The notes beneath the pieces were generated by a model. It saw only the letters and a list, made by a program, of their open reading frames with translations. It was not told the origin of the DNA and ran no database searches. Source: Candidatus Hydrogenedentota bacterium (lineage in GTDB: Bacteria; Hydrogenedentota; Hydrogenedentia; Hydrogenedentales; CAILVY01). Taken from it: a stretch of DNA of 64,000 bases. Shown piece by piece: positions 1-8,709 of the stretch; positions within the stretch are counted from its first letter, which is position 1; each line of letters begins with the position of its first letter. The stretch lies in contig JAKQOG010000028.1 in NCBI GenBank assembly GCA_029565395.1, forward strand, positions 8,362 through 72,361, read 5' to 3'. A program made the translations under genes and the position numbers.

Positions 1-549
1 CAATACCGCCAGTACCTGGAAGCCACGGGGGCGCCCGATCCACGGTTCTGGCGGGACCCTCAATGCAATGGCCCCAACCAGCCTGTTGTCGGCATCTCCT
101 GGAAAGAAGCCCTCGACTACTCCGCTTGGGCAGGGAAAATGCTTCCCACGGAGGCACAATGGGAATTCGCCGCGCGTGGACGGCAAAACCGGAAATACCC
201 TTGGGGCAACCTCCCCCCGGATTCCACCCGCGCGAATTTCGCTGAATACCTGGGCATGCCCTCCATCGTTACCATGCATGAAGACGGACGCACTCCGGAA
301 GGCATCTACGATCTTGCCGGAAACGTGTATGAATGGACCATTGATCCCTTCGTTCCCTATCCCGTCCAACGCTACAACCCCCAAGCCTGCGCCAATGCCC
401 CCCGGCGCACGGCCCGGGGCGGTTGCTGGAATTCAAAATCCAACGAACTTCTCTGCACCTTCCGCAAAGGGCTTTTCCCGGAAATCCGCGAAAACACCGT
501 CGGCTTCCGCTGCGTTATCCCCGCCAGCCGAAATATCCATCACGAGTAA
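1..549 (+). CDS. FGE-sulfatase (SUMF1-like, formylglycine-generating enzyme family) domain protein, 5-prime truncated by window edge
   Basis: Frame 1 is open from base 1. The translation (..GISWKEALDYSAWAGKMLPTEAQWEFAARG..YPWG..GNVYEWT..RGGCW..GFRCV) carries the conserved FGE-sulfatase domain motifs. Confidence 0.85.
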   Translation, partial: QYRQYLEATGAPDPRFWRDPQCNGPNQPVVGISWKEALDYSAWAGKMLPTEAQWEFAARGRQNRKYPWGNLPPDSTRANFAEYLGMPSIVTMHEDGRTPEGIYDLAGNVYEWTIDPFVPYPVQRYNPQACANAPRRTARGGCWNSKSNELLCTFRKGLFPEIRENTVGFRCVIPASRNIHHE

Positions 550-639
550 AAACCGTAATTATCTCCAGCAACTGCACCTTGCTTCCCGCATTTCGAATCC
601 AGGACAACAACTGCAAACCTGCAAATCCCCGCCCTGCCC

Positions 640-656
640 GTTCCATATTATGGAAC
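640..656. promoter_or_regulatory. Perfect 8-bp-arm palindrome GTTCCATA-T-TATGGAAC, candidate operator upstream of the TerB-like operon
   Basis: The inverted repeat was read directly. It lies about 22 bp upstream of the putative -35 element and about 80 bp upstream of the first ORF of the cassette. Confidence 0.35.
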
Positions 657-677
657 GCCGCCAGACGATAATCCTTC

Positions 678-707
678 TTGATTTACCCATGTATCGCATC
701 TTATTAT
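678..707 (+). promoter_or_regulatory. Putative sigma-70-type promoter of the TerB-like cassette
   Basis: TTGATT (678-683), an 18-nt spacer, then TATTAT (702-707). It is followed by the RBS GGGAGGGA and ATG 735. Confidence 0.4.
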
Positions 708-734
708 ATTAATGTGTTCTGGAAGGGAGGGATT

Positions 735-860
735 ATGAAGTACATGGTGAGAATGGGTTTGGAGCTAGGTGTTGCATTTGTCGCATTAACGGTATTCACA
801 CAAACAAAAATGAAAAATAAACCAAAAGAAACTAAAGAAGGGAGAAGCGTATGTTTTTAG
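735..860 (+). CDS. 41-aa micro-protein with one hydrophobic helix and a Lys-rich tail
   Basis: ATG 735 lies 4 nt after a strong RBS (GGGAGGGA). The sequence MKYMVRMGLELGVAFVALTVFTQTKMKNKPKETKEG.. has one TM-like segment. Its stop (858-860) overlaps ATG 851 of the next gene, which suggests translational coupling. Confidence 0.4.
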   Translation: MKYMVRMGLELGVAFVALTVFTQTKMKNKPKETKEGRSVCF

Positions 861-1255
861 CTTTGCTCAACAAACCACAGAAGAAGGCTTTCTGGACGCT
901 CGCAAACGCATTCGTGGCAGCTGATGGAAAACTTGATGCCTCCGAGAAGACAATGCTTGACATGATGAAAAAGGAGATGGGGCTGGATTCGGAACCCAGA
1001 TTGGACCGTAGATCCGCAGACTCGTTGTTCGCCATCTTCGATACGCGGCAATCCAGAATAGTAACGCTCTTAGAAATAATTGGCTTGGGCTACTCTGATT
1101 CCAAGTATTCTGCAAGCGAGTGCGAATTCGTTGCAAGGATGTCCAAAGCATTCAAAATTACGCAGAAGGAGGTTTCTGTCCTGGAAAATTGGGTATCCCG
1201 ACAGTTAGCACTCGTGACCGAAGCACACGCGCTCATAAGCGGAAAGGGGAAATGA
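851..1255 (+). CDS. TerB-like (tellurite-resistance TerB / DjlA N-terminal type) domain protein
   Basis: 134-aa ORF with RBS GGGAGAAG. It contains two TerB-type helix pairs with the ADG-x3-4-E signature (VAADGKLDASEKTMLDMM and SDSKYSASECEFVARM). Confidence 0.75.
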   Translation: MFLALLNKPQKKAFWTLANAFVAADGKLDASEKTMLDMMKKEMGLDSEPRLDRRSADSLFAIFDTRQSRIVTLLEIIGLGYSDSKYSASECEFVARMSKAFKITQKEVSVLENWVSRQLALVTEAHALISGKGK

Positions 1256-1256
1256 C

Positions 1257-2264
1257 ATGCCATTGCCACTTCTTATAATACCTATTGTCTTCGGTTCGGG
1301 TCTCTGGGGCTTATATAAGGGAAGCCGAGCGGTGAGTGATTCTTCTAAGGCATCGAAACTGAATACGGAGGCTCATGAGGTTTTTCGGACGGCATCAAGG
1401 AAACTTAAAAATCAGAAACGACTGACAACAAATACTCTTGAGGAACTCGGCACGCTCAAGCTAAATGCATGGAAGAACCAAATACGGCGATTCGTGGATG
1501 TCTTCGGAAAGATCAAAAATGTCGAGATTACTGGAACAATTAGCAGTCAGTTTGCACTAAAGGGTTTTGTGAAAGATGATCTGGCTGAAATGCAACAGAT
1601 TTCGCTTCATGCAACGGAGATTCTAGGAGGTGGAATAGCAGCCTTAAGTGCTGGCGCATTGGCAGGTTTTGGCGCCTATGGCGGTGCAACCTTGCTGGCA
1701 TCCGCGTCTACAGGGACGGCGATCTCAACTCTGTCAGGAGTGGCGGCTACAAATGCCACTTTGGCGTGGTTCGGTGGAGGCGCCCTTTCGGCGGGAGGTC
1801 TTGGAATTGCTGGCGGTACTGCTGTCTTGGGAGGGATTGTGGCAGGCCCCGCGTTGCTAATAGGAGGAGTGATTCTGTCAGCAAAGGCCAAGCAAAAACT
1901 GGCCGCCGCACATAGTAATCTTGCGGAAGCATCGGAAGCTGCAGAACAGATGAAAAACGTCACATCTACTTTGAAAGGAATCGAGAAAGTCACTGTTGAG
2001 TTTTCAGAGTTGATTGGAGAATTAACCCCCCGGGTGAAAAAACAGATTGATGGATTAGCAAAGCTGGTTCAAGAAAATGGTAGCGATTATACAACCTATA
2101 CTCTCTCACAACGGAAGAAAGTTCATTTGACCTTAGAGTTCACCTATCTTCTAAAACAAATCCTGGAAACCCCACTCCTCAGTAAAAACGGAGCCCCTAA
2201 ACGTGGTCTTGCAGGAATGTTGGAGAGTTTTCGAGACACGCAAACGAGTCTTGAGGGAACCTGA
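1257..2264 (+). CDS. Glycine-zipper / coiled-coil membrane protein, family not recognised
   Basis: The ATG lies one base after the TerB-like stop (TGAcATG). The protein has an N-terminal TM helix (LPLLIIPIVFGSGLWGLY) and a helical region of about 100 aa. A Gly/Ala-rich hydrophobic block of about 95 aa follows (ILGGGIAALSAGALAGFGAYGG..GGLGIAGGTAVLGGIVAGPALLIGGVILSA), then a helical C-terminus. Confidence 0.7.
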   Translation: MPLPLLIIPIVFGSGLWGLYKGSRAVSDSSKASKLNTEAHEVFRTASRKLKNQKRLTTNTLEELGTLKLNAWKNQIRRFVDVFGKIKNVEITGTISSQFALKGFVKDDLAEMQQISLHATEILGGGIAALSAGALAGFGAYGGATLLASASTGTAISTLSGVAATNATLAWFGGGALSAGGLGIAGGTAVLGGIVAGPALLIGGVILSAKAKQKLAAAHSNLAEASEAAEQMKNVTSTLKGIEKVTVEFSELIGELTPRVKKQIDGLAKLVQENGSDYTTYTLSQRKKVHLTLEFTYLLKQILETPLLSKNGAPKRGLAGMLESFRDTQTSLEGT

Positions 2265-2275
2265 AGGGAAATTTT

Positions 2276-3715
2276 ATGCCCGAAAATAAGAAAAAGAAAT
2301 CGAAGGCCAATACTCTTAAGACAGCAGACAATGCGGCTGCGCTTGGAAGCGCTCTTGTTGGCGGGCAGGCAACAGTGCTTCAGGCAGCCGCAACGGATGC
2401 CATGGTTGATGGAATGGACAAGTTCCGCGACATGGTTGAGCGTGTTGGAAACAAGGATATTCGCTTCAGGGCAGGCCACCTTTTTGAGACGATACTCGCT
2501 GCAAAGGAGAACGCGTCTCTGGCAGGAACTGGGTCCAAAGTGCGTGTAATTGTCACTCATCTTGACCACAGAAACACAGTGCCTCAGGATCTCGAATGGC
2601 AGGAAGGAGGAAGAATTCTTGCGGAAGGTCAGGCAAAATTCACTGCTGCATTAGGTGAAAATGGACTTCGTAGACTTGCTGAGGCAGTCAATGATACTAA
2701 ATATGATGGAATGCGATTATATGTTCCGGCAGACCGTATTGAACGAGTCAGGGAAAAACTCCTGGAGATGGCCAAAAACTCGACGGATACGGATATGAGT
2801 CGCAAGCTTGAGGCAACAGCTAAACGGCTGGTGGATCATGATACGGGTATTCGTGAAGTTCTCTATGCCGACAAAATGCCGGAAATCTATGCCCTTGGGA
2901 ATGAGGTATCTTATGTCTTTCGTGAAGCCGCAACTGCTGGTGCTTGGGCGGCTGCCTCTGGCGCTATCGTGGGTGGCGGAATATCACTCGCAAAAAATGC
3001 ATATTGCCTAGCCAAAGGAGACCTTTCCAAGGAGGAAGCGGCCAAATCCATCATTGCTGATGCAGGAAAAGCAGGTGCCCGTAGTGGAGCCTCTGGCATA
3101 ATTGGTGCCAGTATACGATACGGAGCTCAGAAAGCGGGATTGAATGCACTGGCAAAATCCAACGTCGCGACTGCTGTGGCAGCGGGTGTCATTGACTGTG
3201 GAGTAACCATATGGAAATTCGCCGAAGGAGAACTCACTGCCGAAGAAACAATGGAGAAGCTCGGTCAAAACGGCACCAGCACCATTTCCAGCATTTATGT
3301 GGGCGCTGCCGCTGGCGCGATCTTTGGACCCGTGGGAGCAGTGGTGGGGAGTATTGCAGGATATTTGGTCGCATCAAACCTGTATCAGGGGTGCCTGGCG
3401 ATTCTTAAGAATGCTCGATTGGCAGAAGAACAGGCCAATCGAATAGTAGCTATCTGCGAGGAGTCCATCCGCCAGATGCGCTCACAACGTGAGGAATTCG
3501 AATCTCTCTTGGAGAAGAATATTAAAATACGCCGTCAGGAGTTTGCTTGCTGCTTTGCTGCAATTGATGGTGCACTTGAGAGTGATTCCCATGAGAATGC
3601 TATTTCTGCTGTTGCCGATTTTCTTGGACTATTTGGCAAAAAACTCAAATTCCCCTCATTTGAGGAATTCGACGCTTTTATGACCAACCTAAATGAGCCG
3701 TTACGACTTGACTAG
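2276..3715 (+). CDS. Membrane protein with soluble N-terminal domain, two glycine-zipper hydrophobic blocks and helical C-terminus, family not recognised
   Basis: The ATG lies 11 nt after the previous stop, with RBS GAAGGGAA. The N-terminal ~200 aa are soluble (FRAGHLFETIL..DLEWQEGGRILAEGQAKF). Two hydrophobic blocks follow: AATAGAWAAASGAIVGGGISLA and IYVGAAAGAIFGPVGAVVGSIAGYLVA. Confidence 0.7.
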   Translation: MPENKKKKSKANTLKTADNAAALGSALVGGQATVLQAAATDAMVDGMDKFRDMVERVGNKDIRFRAGHLFETILAAKENASLAGTGSKVRVIVTHLDHRNTVPQDLEWQEGGRILAEGQAKFTAALGENGLRRLAEAVNDTKYDGMRLYVPADRIERVREKLLEMAKNSTDTDMSRKLEATAKRLVDHDTGIREVLYADKMPEIYALGNEVSYVFREAATAGAWAAASGAIVGGGISLAKNAYCLAKGDLSKEEAAKSIIADAGKAGARSGASGIIGASIRYGAQKAGLNALAKSNVATAVAAGVIDCGVTIWKFAEGELTAEETMEKLGQNGTSTISSIYVGAAAGAIFGPVGAVVGSIAGYLVASNLYQGCLAILKNARLAEEQANRIVAICEESIRQMRSQREEFESLLEKNIKIRRQEFACCFAAIDGALESDSHENAISAVADFLGLFGKKLKFPSFEEFDAFMTNLNEPLRLD

Positions 3716-3791
3716 CTTGTTTTTACAGATAAAGTTGCGGATTTTTGTTAGAATGTGGTTCTGCATGTGATAAAACGCGAGCGGATTATCA

Positions 3792-4397
3792 CTATTCAAG
3801 CTCATTCCATTCTTTTTTCAGGTATGCAAACAGCTTCTTTATTTGATACGATTTATTTAATCCTGTCTTGCACCAAACCGCGAAATGCTCGCAGTTGTTG
3901 AACATCAGACTGTAATTTTGTTCTCCCAAACGTGAGTATGCCCGCTGGACGGTTTCTTCTGGGGAAAAGAGTTGATGTTGGGAGCGGCCAAGGAATTCCA
4001 GCAGCAATGGAATTACATTATCTTGGACAATGGTCCTTTTGGCATTCACCTTTGGCGCCGAAACAGAAGGTTTTTTCTTTGTTTTCTTTTTTGCGGCAAA
4101 AGCCAGCACAAAATAGGACGTGGACCCTTTTAAAAAACAGTCCAGAGATGTCTTCTGTATGATGGCATTTCTGCCTATTTCAGATTCCCCGGTATAGTGA
4201 ATAACCTTGTTCCACCCCACATAAACGCCGTAATGCTCGTATCCAAGGCTTCGTTCCACACCTATGATATCCCCCTTTTTCAGCTTTGCTTGCTTCTTCT
4301 TACATATGGAAGGGGAATCACTCTCATCCTTCGGGAATACCTTGTCAAGTGCATATTCTGCAACCGTTCCAAGAACCAAGTGTCGAATCCGTTTCAT
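3792..4397 (-). CDS. LRAT/PLAAT-like NlpC/P60 superfamily thiol hydrolase or acyltransferase
   Basis: His box YEHYGVYVGWNKVIHYTG and Cys box FNNCEHFAVWCKTG. NCEHF is the signature of the LRAT/HRASLS(PLAAT) branch. A Lys-rich insert (AAKKKTKKKPSVSAPKVNAKR) separates the boxes. The gene is convergent with the TerB-like operon. Confidence 0.8.
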   Translation of the reverse strand: MKRIRHLVLGTVAEYALDKVFPKDESDSPSICKKKQAKLKKGDIIGVERSLGYEHYGVYVGWNKVIHYTGESEIGRNAIIQKTSLDCFLKGSTSYFVLAFAAKKKTKKKPSVSAPKVNAKRTIVQDNVIPLLLEFLGRSQHQLFSPEETVQRAYSRLGEQNYSLMFNNCEHFAVWCKTGLNKSYQIKKLFAYLKKEWNELE

Positions 4398-4627
4398 AAA
4401 ATTGCTCTTTGTTCTCCTTGCAGTCGATGATCATATCATTTTCTACGGCGCAATCCTTAAACGATGCAAAGTTTCACGGTGCACTTCGGGAAGGCGCAGT
4501 ATTCGATGCCATAGAAACCACTGAACTCTGCCAGGCGTAAAAGAGCATGTCGATTCACAAAAAGAAGATATTCTCCTCAAAAAAACACAGCAGACTGCGT
4601 TTTTACCAAAAGAATGCCTAAAATTGG

Positions 4628-7138
4628 CTAAAACCCGGCCTTCCCTACTTCCAGTTCGATGGTGCGCGACATTTTTTCTCCCGGGGCCAGCGTCACCGGT
4701 TTCGCCCAGACCTCGCACTCCAGGACATTCAGATACTCCGGATACGCATAGAGCCAGGTGTAATCCGTGCCCGCATCATCAAACCGCTCCGTTACCTGGA
4801 GTCCTTTTGAGCCCGTCAGCATCCACTCCCCTTTCGGCGCATGCTGATCAAAATAATGCTCGCCTTCCCGCAGCCCGGCGATGATGGGCGCCATGTCCCG
4901 CTCCACCGTCAGCCCCGCGCGATCCGTGAACCGCACCCGCGTTTTCGCGAGTTCACCCAGATCCAGGGCGAGATGACTCCGCACAATCTGTTCCTTCGGT
5001 TTATCCGTCGTGTTCGTCACGTCCACCGTAACCCGCAGTTTCGGCTGATCCTCCACCAAGCTCAGCGTCCGCCGCACCAGCATCCCGCGGGGCGTCTTCA
5101 CCTCCATCGCCACCGATGTTGCTGTCTTCTCCACCGTTTCAAACCGCTCAAAGAGGCATTCCTGCCCCGTATCGAATTCCGTGCCGATCCGCGTCTCTTC
5201 CCCCCCCTCAAACGGAAAGGCCAAATACCGCACCGTGTTATATGCCGTGACGCTCTGCCCCGACGCATTGTCCGCCACCCGCAGCGCGCGCCCGCTAAAG
5301 AAGGGCACCGCCTGCACCGTCAACGCCGCATTGCGAATGGTCTCCACCGGCACCGGCGCATTAATCACCAGTCCAAGAACCGCCAATTGCGCCGGGTCCC
5401 CGCCGTGTTCCCGAAGCGTCGGGAAATTATGCTGCTTCATCCGGTCAAGAAACGTCATGATTTCCGGCAACTGGGCAATTTCCCCGTTAAACGACAGACG
5501 ATCCTCTTCCAGGGTGAATCCATTCCTGGGGAAAAAGCGGGCATAGGTCAGCGGCATCCGCGCCACACGGACACGCTCCAGCAATTCCGCATCCGCCTTC
5601 ACCGCTTCCTCCGCCTGATCAAAAAGCTCCCCGGCCCGCGTCATCACCTCGTCCGTCAAGTACCCCTGCCCCGGATTCGTGTAAAGATGCATATGAATGT
5701 TTTCATTCTGCACCTTGTCATGCAGCAGGGTGATGTACTGATACATAGGCCCGGAGGCCGCGCCATAATATCCTTCGAGAAAATCCTGAATAAGCGCTTC
5801 CGGATCCTGATCGGGATTCCACAACAACTTCATTCCGTAATACGGGCGTAACAATCCAAACTCCCCCCCGGCAGGCCCCATTCCCTGAAGAAACATGCCC
5901 TCCACGCCAATGTCACGGTAATACTTCATATCCGCCGCCATTGCGCGGAAATTCGGAAACGGATTGAAGTAATGCGCAAAATCCACGATGTAATGCCAGA
6001 CGTACACGTGCGAACAGATCTTCGCCCATGCCTCGCCCCGGCGCTTGTACTCCGCATTCAGTGGACACGACGCAATCGGGTGGCTGTCGCATGACGGAAA
6101 CATATGGCACAGCCACACCGCAATATTCGGATGCATCACAAGCCCTTTCGGCGGCTCTTCCGTGTACATATACGCCAGCGTGCCAATCAGCTTGCCGGGA
6201 TACACCTTCGCTGTCCGCTCCGCCAACTGATTTAGAAACCAATACTGCGTCCCGCCCCGCGTGCCATACCGTTCATTGATCTCCCTGCATTTCGCGCACT
6301 GACAATAGTTGTAACAATCCATCTGTGAAAAATTATGTTGCCGCGCGTTTGGGTTGTCCGCCATCCGCTTCAACATCCGCTCCGTCACAATCTCCAGCAC
6401 ATCCGGGTTCGTCAGGCAAAGCTGCGTTTCCGTTTTGCGCCGAACGCCTCCAATCTCCGAAAAATATTCCGGGTGCGCATCAAAAAACTCGCCCGGACTG
6501 ATAAAGTTGAAATAACTGTGGCAGATCCCGTCAAACGCATATTGGATCCCCTGCGCATTATCCGGTCCACCGCTCCCTGCATTCTCCCCCTGGCGCGAAC
6601 GAAACTCCGCGTCCCCCCCCGGCCAGCCATACGTTGTCTGACGGTACGCAAACACAGGCTTTTTAATAGTATCCACCTCTGGCAACAACAATTCACTCGC
6701 TTGCGGCGCCTTCGTCACCCCGGGGGCATACCACCGCACCCCCAAATACTGCTCGATAAAATCCCGGACCCCATACAACGTTCCGGCCGCCGAAGTTCCC
6801 GCGATCACCAGATGCGGCGAAATGGCCCGCATACAATATCCCTGCTCGCCAAGCTGTTCCGCTGCCGGCGATACCCCCAGCGCCTCCGCTACCGGGCCAC
6901 ACCCCAGCACAATCATCGGAATGCCGTCTCCCGGCTTATCTGATGTAATCGTTAATTCAACCCCCGTGCAGGCTTTCACATAACTCTTCAATTCCTCCGC
7001 CGCGACTTTCTCTGATGGACTCGCCCCCGCCTGAAGCACAATCACATACGCGCTCTTTCCTTCCTTTACCATCCACTCGCCATACACGGCTGTCATTACC
7101 AAAAGACAAACAAACAGACAACCAATCACGCGCTTCAT
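4628..7138 (-). CDS. DUF4838-like secreted protein (glycoside-hydrolase-like), signal peptide
   Basis: Start refined to ATG 7138 (RBS GGGAGA; MKRVIGCLFVCLLVMTAVYG signal peptide). The N-terminal region (KSAYVIVL..AAEELKSYVKACTGVEL..TLYGVRDFIEQYLGVRWY) is typical of DUF4838. It is a paralog of 18501-20765. Confidence 0.8.
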   Translation of the reverse strand: MKRVIGCLFVCLLVMTAVYGEWMVKEGKSAYVIVLQAGASPSEKVAAEELKSYVKACTGVELTITSDKPGDGIPMIVLGCGPVAEALGVSPAAEQLGEQGYCMRAISPHLVIAGTSAAGTLYGVRDFIEQYLGVRWYAPGVTKAPQASELLLPEVDTIKKPVFAYRQTTYGWPGGDAEFRSRQGENAGSGGPDNAQGIQYAFDGICHSYFNFISPGEFFDAHPEYFSEIGGVRRKTETQLCLTNPDVLEIVTERMLKRMADNPNARQHNFSQMDCYNYCQCAKCREINERYGTRGGTQYWFLNQLAERTAKVYPGKLIGTLAYMYTEEPPKGLVMHPNIAVWLCHMFPSCDSHPIASCPLNAEYKRRGEAWAKICSHVYVWHYIVDFAHYFNPFPNFRAMAADMKYYRDIGVEGMFLQGMGPAGGEFGLLRPYYGMKLLWNPDQDPEALIQDFLEGYYGAASGPMYQYITLLHDKVQNENIHMHLYTNPGQGYLTDEVMTRAGELFDQAEEAVKADAELLERVRVARMPLTYARFFPRNGFTLEEDRLSFNGEIAQLPEIMTFLDRMKQHNFPTLREHGGDPAQLAVLGLVINAPVPVETIRNAALTVQAVPFFSGRALRVADNASGQSVTAYNTVRYLAFPFEGGEETRIGTEFDTGQECLFERFETVEKTATSVAMEVKTPRGMLVRRTLSLVEDQPKLRVTVDVTNTTDKPKEQIVRSHLALDLGELAKTRVRFTDRAGLTVERDMAPIIAGLREGEHYFDQHAPKGEWMLTGSKGLQVTERFDDAGTDYTWLYAYPEYLNVLECEVWAKPVTLAPGEKMSRTIELEVGKAGF

Positions 7139-7324
7139 AACGAAATCTCCCTTGTCATTTGCGGTACAAAGCCTAGACCCCCCTTCCCCCAAAAAAGGTT
7201 TCAGCAGAGAAACTATCGGGATCGCTATCGCGTGCTGGTAATTCTAATACTATCTTTAATCAGACCGATCCGGCTGATCCGGCTGATTGAGAAATTCCAA
7301 CTCCTGCACAAAGGCCCAAATCAT

Positions 7325-7353
7325 AAACCCTGAACCCCAAAACCCTAAACCCT
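7325..7353 (-). repeat. Telomere-like heptamer repeat (minus strand AGGGTTT-AGGGTTTT-GGGGTTC-AGGGTTT), G-quadruplex motif
   Basis: Read directly. The minus strand has four G3-4 tracts spaced 3-4 nt apart, overlapping the stop codon of the MFS gene. Confidence 0.6.
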
Positions 7354-8709
7354 ATCTTCCTGATTACTCTCGTGTAATCCCACTGTGATCCACGCAATCC
7401 GCACCAGCGTCCTCACCGGCAACGCGGGATCCAGCAGCCACTTCATCGAGAAGTCAATCGGCCGGCCGTCCTGCACCACTTTTAAACAGGCCATCGCGCA
7501 TCCAAGCCCCATGACGCCCGCGATCACAAAACACACACGAAATCCCCACATCCCGAAATGATCTATCAACAAACCCGCCAGAATAGGCGTTGTACCCAGC
7601 GTGAGCGCCGTCCCTATGGTCCACAAATTCGTGTACCCCACCCGGTGCGCCTCCTCCACATAATTCAACATGGCCCGGTGCGCCCCTATCCAAAACGCCG
7701 CCCCAAAAATGCTCATTACTATTATCATCGGCGCCAGCGCATAGATTGTCCACGGCGCGCCCGGATACAGCCCCAAGAACACGAGCGCGCCCATCGCATG
7801 ACCAATGAGCGCCTTCGACATTGCACGCCCGCTCCCGCTATGATCCGCGAACCGCCCCCAAAATCGAATCGTCAGCAAAATTCCGAAACTGCCCGCCGCC
7901 GACAGAATCATCACGTTCTGCGGTTGAAGATGCAAAGCATCGCGCAAATACAACACATAGGCCGCCCCGAACCATGATAGCGCGGAAAAACACAACGACG
8001 CCGTTATCACAAACACCATAAAGCGGCGATCCGACAACGCGGCCCGGTGCGGCAGCAGACCTTCCCGGAATGAAGAAACTCCCGCCTTCCCTTTCCCCCC
8101 GGGAATCCGCGACATCCCGATCAGACTGATAAATCCCGCGGAAATGCCCAAGGCATACACCAGCAAAAACCGCCCGACTCCGGGATCTCCCATTAGTAAT
8201 AAGCCCTGCGCCAGCATCACCAGGATATTGATCAATTGCGTCAGCGCCGATTCTCCGCTGAAATAGATGCTCCGTTCCTCCTCCAACACCACTTCATGCA
8301 GCCACGGAAACCAGCCCCCGGATCCCAGCGCGCGCATCAGGCAGAACGCCAGCGTGGAGCCCATCAATACATACCACCCCGCTATCTGCCCTCCATATTG
8401 GATTGCCAGCGGCATCAAAAACACCCCGCACATCACCAGATTCCGCGTGAGCCATGCCGTGAACATCACGCGTTTCGCCCCCAGACGCGCAATCGCCGGC
8501 GCCGTGAACACCACCAGCAGCGTCGAGAACGGCGTCAGCGAATTCAGAAACCCCACCCACGACGGCGGCATGTCGATGTGCCGGGCCAACAGGATCATCG
8601 CCGGACCAATCAGGCACTGCCACGACACCACATTGAATGCGATAAACACAAGGAAACGCCGCGACGCCGGGCTCAGCTCGCGCAAATTAGATATGACGGG
8701 AAGTTGCAA
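7345..8709 (-). CDS. MFS-type transporter
   Basis: 454-aa ORF with about 12 hydrophobic segments of MFS-like composition. The start is a TTG at 8709, so the exact start is uncertain. Confidence 0.8.
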   Translation of the reverse strand: MQLPVISNLRELSPASRRFLVFIAFNVVSWQCLIGPAMILLARHIDMPPSWVGFLNSLTPFSTLLVVFTAPAIARLGAKRVMFTAWLTRNLVMCGVFLMPLAIQYGGQIAGWYVLMGSTLAFCLMRALGSGGWFPWLHEVVLEEERSIYFSGESALTQLINILVMLAQGLLLMGDPGVGRFLLVYALGISAGFISLIGMSRIPGGKGKAGVSSFREGLLPHRAALSDRRFMVFVITASLCFSALSWFGAAYVLYLRDALHLQPQNVMILSAAGSFGILLTIRFWGRFADHSGSGRAMSKALIGHAMGALVFLGLYPGAPWTIYALAPMIIVMSIFGAAFWIGAHRAMLNYVEEAHRVGYTNLWTIGTALTLGTTPILAGLLIDHFGMWGFRVCFVIAGVMGLGCAMACLKVVQDGRPIDFSMKWLLDPALPVRTLVRIAWITVGLHESNQEDRV

